Origin: Candidatus Coatesbacteria bacterium | Lineage (GTDB): Bacteria; JAFGND01 | DNA: 38,674 bases | Assembly (NCBI GenBank): GCA_016927185.1 | Contig: JAFGND010000006.1 | Span: 62,001 to 100,674 of the forward strand | Direction: 5' to 3' | In this document: positions 35,763 to 38,674 of the stretch, in pieces | Position numbering within the stretch: position 1 is the stretch's first letter | Layout: the number at the start of each line of letters is the position of its first letter | Notes under the pieces: generated by a model | What the model was told of the DNA's origin: nothing | Databases searched by the model: none | The model's input: the letters and a program-made list of their open reading frames with translations, nothing else | Program-made: the position numbers and the translations under genes

Positions 35763-37166
35763 CTAGTTTTCAATATTGATTATATTTACTTTACCATATT
35801 TTGCAAGATGTGATTCCAGTTCCTTTGGTCCCACAACAACAATAAGTAATTTATTGGTATTTATCAAGTCACCTGCAACTGCCTTGACTTCATCCGGTTT
35901 TACTTTCATAAAAGCCTCAAGATCCATTTCATCTTCGTTTTCCGGTCTTTTAAAAAATTCCCTTATCATTTCTTGCTTTAAAACTGACATAGAATTCTCA
36001 TACCTGAAAGCCCATTGATTCTGCATTTTCTCCTTGAAAACTGACATTGTTGTATCAGATGGCGTATTAAGCTGCATATCATTAATCACTTTTATCATTG
36101 CATCTATTGCATTTATAACACTGGAAGGTTTTGTATAACAAACAGTCCTGAATAGACCTTTGTCTATTCCTTCGCCAATTCCACCCCATACAGCATATGC
36201 ATATCCAAGTTCATTTCTTACTACCTGTATAAGTACGCTTGCAAATCCATCATATCCGAAAATCTGATTAAACATCGATATCTGGATTTTCTTATCAGAC
36301 CATCTCTTCACGCCAAAATGCCCCATCACTATAGATGCCTGCTCTACTTCCTTTGGCAGAAGATATATTCCTGCTGGATAATCTTCTCTTACTTTCTCTA
36401 TCTGTGGAAAATCTGGAGGACTTTCATTCCATGAATCAAACAGTTTTTCTACTTCCCGGGAAACCTCTTCAGCATTGAAATCACCAGCAATGGCAATATA
36501 CATATTGCCAGGCGTTACCCATTTTTTATGCCAGCTAACGAGATCCTCTCTGGAGAGGCTCTTGAAATCATCCTCAGTTGGTTTCCATCCCCATATAGTG
36601 TCTTTTCCATACATCAACTTATTGAATGCAACATGAGCCAGCCAGCTGGGTCTGTCTCTGTTTCTTATTATAGATTCTATCTGCTGTTTCTTGAAAATGT
36701 CAAATCTTTTTTCATCAAATCGCGGTTTCAACAATATTTCTTTAAAAAAGATCAAAAGCTGGGTTCTATGTTCAATTAAGCAATTCCCGTCAAAACCACA
36801 TAGCTCGCTGTCACCCCAAAATCTTATTCCTGCTGCATTTCTTTCAAACCAGTCTTCAATAATCTCTGGGGATTGTGATTCAGTACCACCTATTTCCATC
36901 ATTTTCATGCTCGCTGAAGGTATATGTCCTTTTCTATAGGGGAGATATAAATATCCTGCCTTGAAAAAACCGGAAAACTCGAAAATAGGCAAGGTATGAT
37001 CTTCATAAATAAACAACTTGATTCCATTTGGAAGCACCTTCTTTATGAATTTCAATTTTCTGACAGGCTTCAAGGGTGTTGATTTCAGATCCTTCGGGTC
37101 GTAAACTTTAGCGTTGGAGAGGCTTGTAATTAAGAATAGCAAAAAAACGAGTATAAAGTTCCTCAT
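35763..37166 (-). CDS. M16B peptidase, non-catalytic partner subunit
   Basis: Signal peptide, LPNGI...EDHTLP, P.N..IAIAGDF, VRNELGYAY. Lacks HxxEH. Confidence 0.9.
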   Translation of the reverse strand: MRNFILVFLLFLITSLSNAKVYDPKDLKSTPLKPVRKLKFIKKVLPNGIKLFIYEDHTLPIFEFSGFFKAGYLYLPYRKGHIPSASMKMMEIGGTESQSPEIIEDWFERNAAGIRFWGDSELCGFDGNCLIEHRTQLLIFFKEILLKPRFDEKRFDIFKKQQIESIIRNRDRPSWLAHVAFNKLMYGKDTIWGWKPTEDDFKSLSREDLVSWHKKWVTPGNMYIAIAGDFNAEEVSREVEKLFDSWNESPPDFPQIEKVREDYPAGIYLLPKEVEQASIVMGHFGVKRWSDKKIQISMFNQIFGYDGFASVLIQVVRNELGYAYAVWGGIGEGIDKGLFRTVCYTKPSSVINAIDAMIKVINDMQLNTPSDTTMSVFKEKMQNQWAFRYENSMSVLKQEMIREFFKRPENEDEMDLEAFMKVKPDEVKAVAGDLINTNKLLIVVVGPKELESHLAKYGKVNIINIEN

Positions 37167-37167
37167 T

Positions 37168-38673
37168 TCATTTCTCTCCTTTCTGAGGATGTGGTCTGCT
37201 CTTTTCCAGTAAGTCCTTGTTGACTTTTACTGGCTTCCTGTTCTTATCCTGGCGGAGATAACCTACTATCCTGTTCTCTGCTGTAAAATACTTTTTTGCA
37301 ATTCGCTTTATATCTTCAGGAGTTATCTTTTCGTAGTAGTTTAATTTCTCCCTGTCATAATTCCAGTTTCCAGTGTTTATTTGTGATAAAGCAAGACTCA
37401 TTGCTAGCCAGGTATTATCCTTCCACTTCCAGACCATTGAAGCTTTTATCAAAGTCAAAACTTTTTTAAGTTCATCTGCTGATACCGATTCGCTCTTAAG
37501 CTTTTCCAGTTCAGAATATATTTCTCTTTCAAGCATTTCCAGATCCACTTCCTGAAATGGAATAGCTTCTATTGTAAAAAGCCCAGGTCCTCTTGGCCCT
37601 GGATCACCGGTATCTGCATATACTCCTGTAGCCAGCTTTTTATCCAAAACCAGATTCCTGTAAAGTCTTGAGGTTTTGCCGTTTGCAAGAATATCTGAAA
37701 TGATGCTTAAAACATATGCTTCCTCATTCCCCTCAGGAGTATACCTGGGTTCGGATGGCATATGATATGAAATAACTAACGTTGGATTATTCCAGTGCCA
37801 GACTGTTACCTTTCTTTCTCCCTCCTGAGGCAGCTCTCCACTCCATACGGGAGGAATTTGCTTGCCCTTTTTCCATCTCCCGAAATACTTTTCGGCCAGG
37901 CTTTTCACCTCACCGACATCTACATCTCCAACTATCGCAGCAACTGCATTATTGGGAATATAATAAATACTGAAGTATTCCCATACCTTCTTTAGTGTAT
38001 ATGTTCTTATATCACCATAAAAACCTATTACTGGATAACGCTGAGGATGCTGAAGAAACGAAACTCCTAATACAGCATTGTAGAGTTTATTGTCTCCATG
38101 GTTTTGTCCCGTTCTATATTCTTCTGTAACAACATCTCTTTCCTGATAAAATTCCCTGAAAGATGGATTTATGAATCTTTCTGATTCCATCAAGAACCAA
38201 AGTTCAAGCTTATTTGATGGCAAAGAAATATAATAAGTCGTGTTCGACTTGCTTGTCCATGCATTTTTCTCTATTTCACCAGCTCTTGAATATATCATAT
38301 CCCATTCTCTATCAATAATTAATTTTTTCTCTTCATTTTGTAAATCCTTCAGTTTTTTTTCAAGCTCCTCTTTCCTGTTCAATGCTTCCTTTGATGTCTG
38401 CCCAAACAAAGAGGCAAGCTCTCTTCCTATTGTTTCTATATCATCTATAATCCTCTTTTCCTTTTTCCAGTTCATTGTTCCTATAACAGGAGTTCCCTTG
38501 AACATCATGTGTTCTATCATATGGCTTATTCCAGTTATACCAAGATGCTCATCAACTCCACCCACCTTAAAGACTATAACTCCTGAGAATATGGGAATTT
38601 CAGGTCTTGGAACAACAATAAATGTCATCCCATTATCCAGAGTGAAGATATTGATATTTTTATCAACATCCTG
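37168..38673 (-). CDS. M16B zinc peptidase, catalytic subunit (5' partial)
   Basis: Frame is open to the window edge (...FTLDNGM). HMIEHMMFKGT, NAWT, ERDVVTEE, SRLYRNLV. Confidence 0.95.
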   Translation of the reverse strand, partial: QDVDKNINIFTLDNGMTFIVVPRPEIPIFSGVIVFKVGGVDEHLGITGISHMIEHMMFKGTPVIGTMNWKKEKRIIDDIETIGRELASLFGQTSKEALNRKEELEKKLKDLQNEEKKLIIDREWDMIYSRAGEIEKNAWTSKSNTTYYISLPSNKLELWFLMESERFINPSFREFYQERDVVTEEYRTGQNHGDNKLYNAVLGVSFLQHPQRYPVIGFYGDIRTYTLKKVWEYFSIYYIPNNAVAAIVGDVDVGEVKSLAEKYFGRWKKGKQIPPVWSGELPQEGERKVTVWHWNNPTLVISYHMPSEPRYTPEGNEEAYVLSIISDILANGKTSRLYRNLVLDKKLATGVYADTGDPGPRGPGLFTIEAIPFQEVDLEMLEREIYSELEKLKSESVSADELKKVLTLIKASMVWKWKDNTWLAMSLALSQINTGNWNYDREKLNYYEKITPEDIKRIAKKYFTAENRIVGYLRQDKNRKPVKVNKDLLEKSRPHPQKGEK

Positions 38674-38674
38674 C

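Noticed and set aside
194-37995. Numerous short ORFs of about 60-155 aa in the six-frame track (e.g. 194..580, 1202..1531, 14759..15046, 24245..24709)
   Set aside because: They are antisense or off-frame shadows of well-supported genes, with no recognisable motifs.

Overview
AT-rich, densely coding bacterial chromosome segment, read with the standard code (several ordinary genes end in TGA). The host is probably an anaerobic diderm. T9SS-like C-terminal domains, an outer-membrane barrel, RNase HIII and a K+-dependent membrane pyrophosphatase suggest an FCB-related or candidate-phylum lineage, but this is inference. About 33 CDSs: housekeeping genes (hppA, a divergent ychF-like gene, ffh-rpsP-rimM, rnhC, an M16 peptidase pair), envelope and glycan genes (two GT-C-fold proteins, a GT2, an O-antigen-ligase/Wzm fusion, an acyltransferase, an ABC exporter), three radical SAM enzymes and many secreted proteins. 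No rRNA, tRNA, CRISPR array or mobile element was seen. The main finding is a hidden candidate selenoprotein. The ORF called at 19656..20174 (-) stops at C-G-G-TGA, but the frame continues for 70 more protein-like codons to TAA at 19443, and a bacterial SECIS-type hairpin follows the UGA. This gives a 243-aa secreted beta-helix protein with a CxxU motif and a terminal TSWGGIKKLYR motif. Other oddities: a WaaL-like/Wzm fusion, a Tat + DUF362 + T9SS-like CTD protein, an esterase-family hydrolase with Cys at the nucleophile position, a YchF paralogue lacking DxxG, and a B12 radical SAM gene where trmD normally sits.
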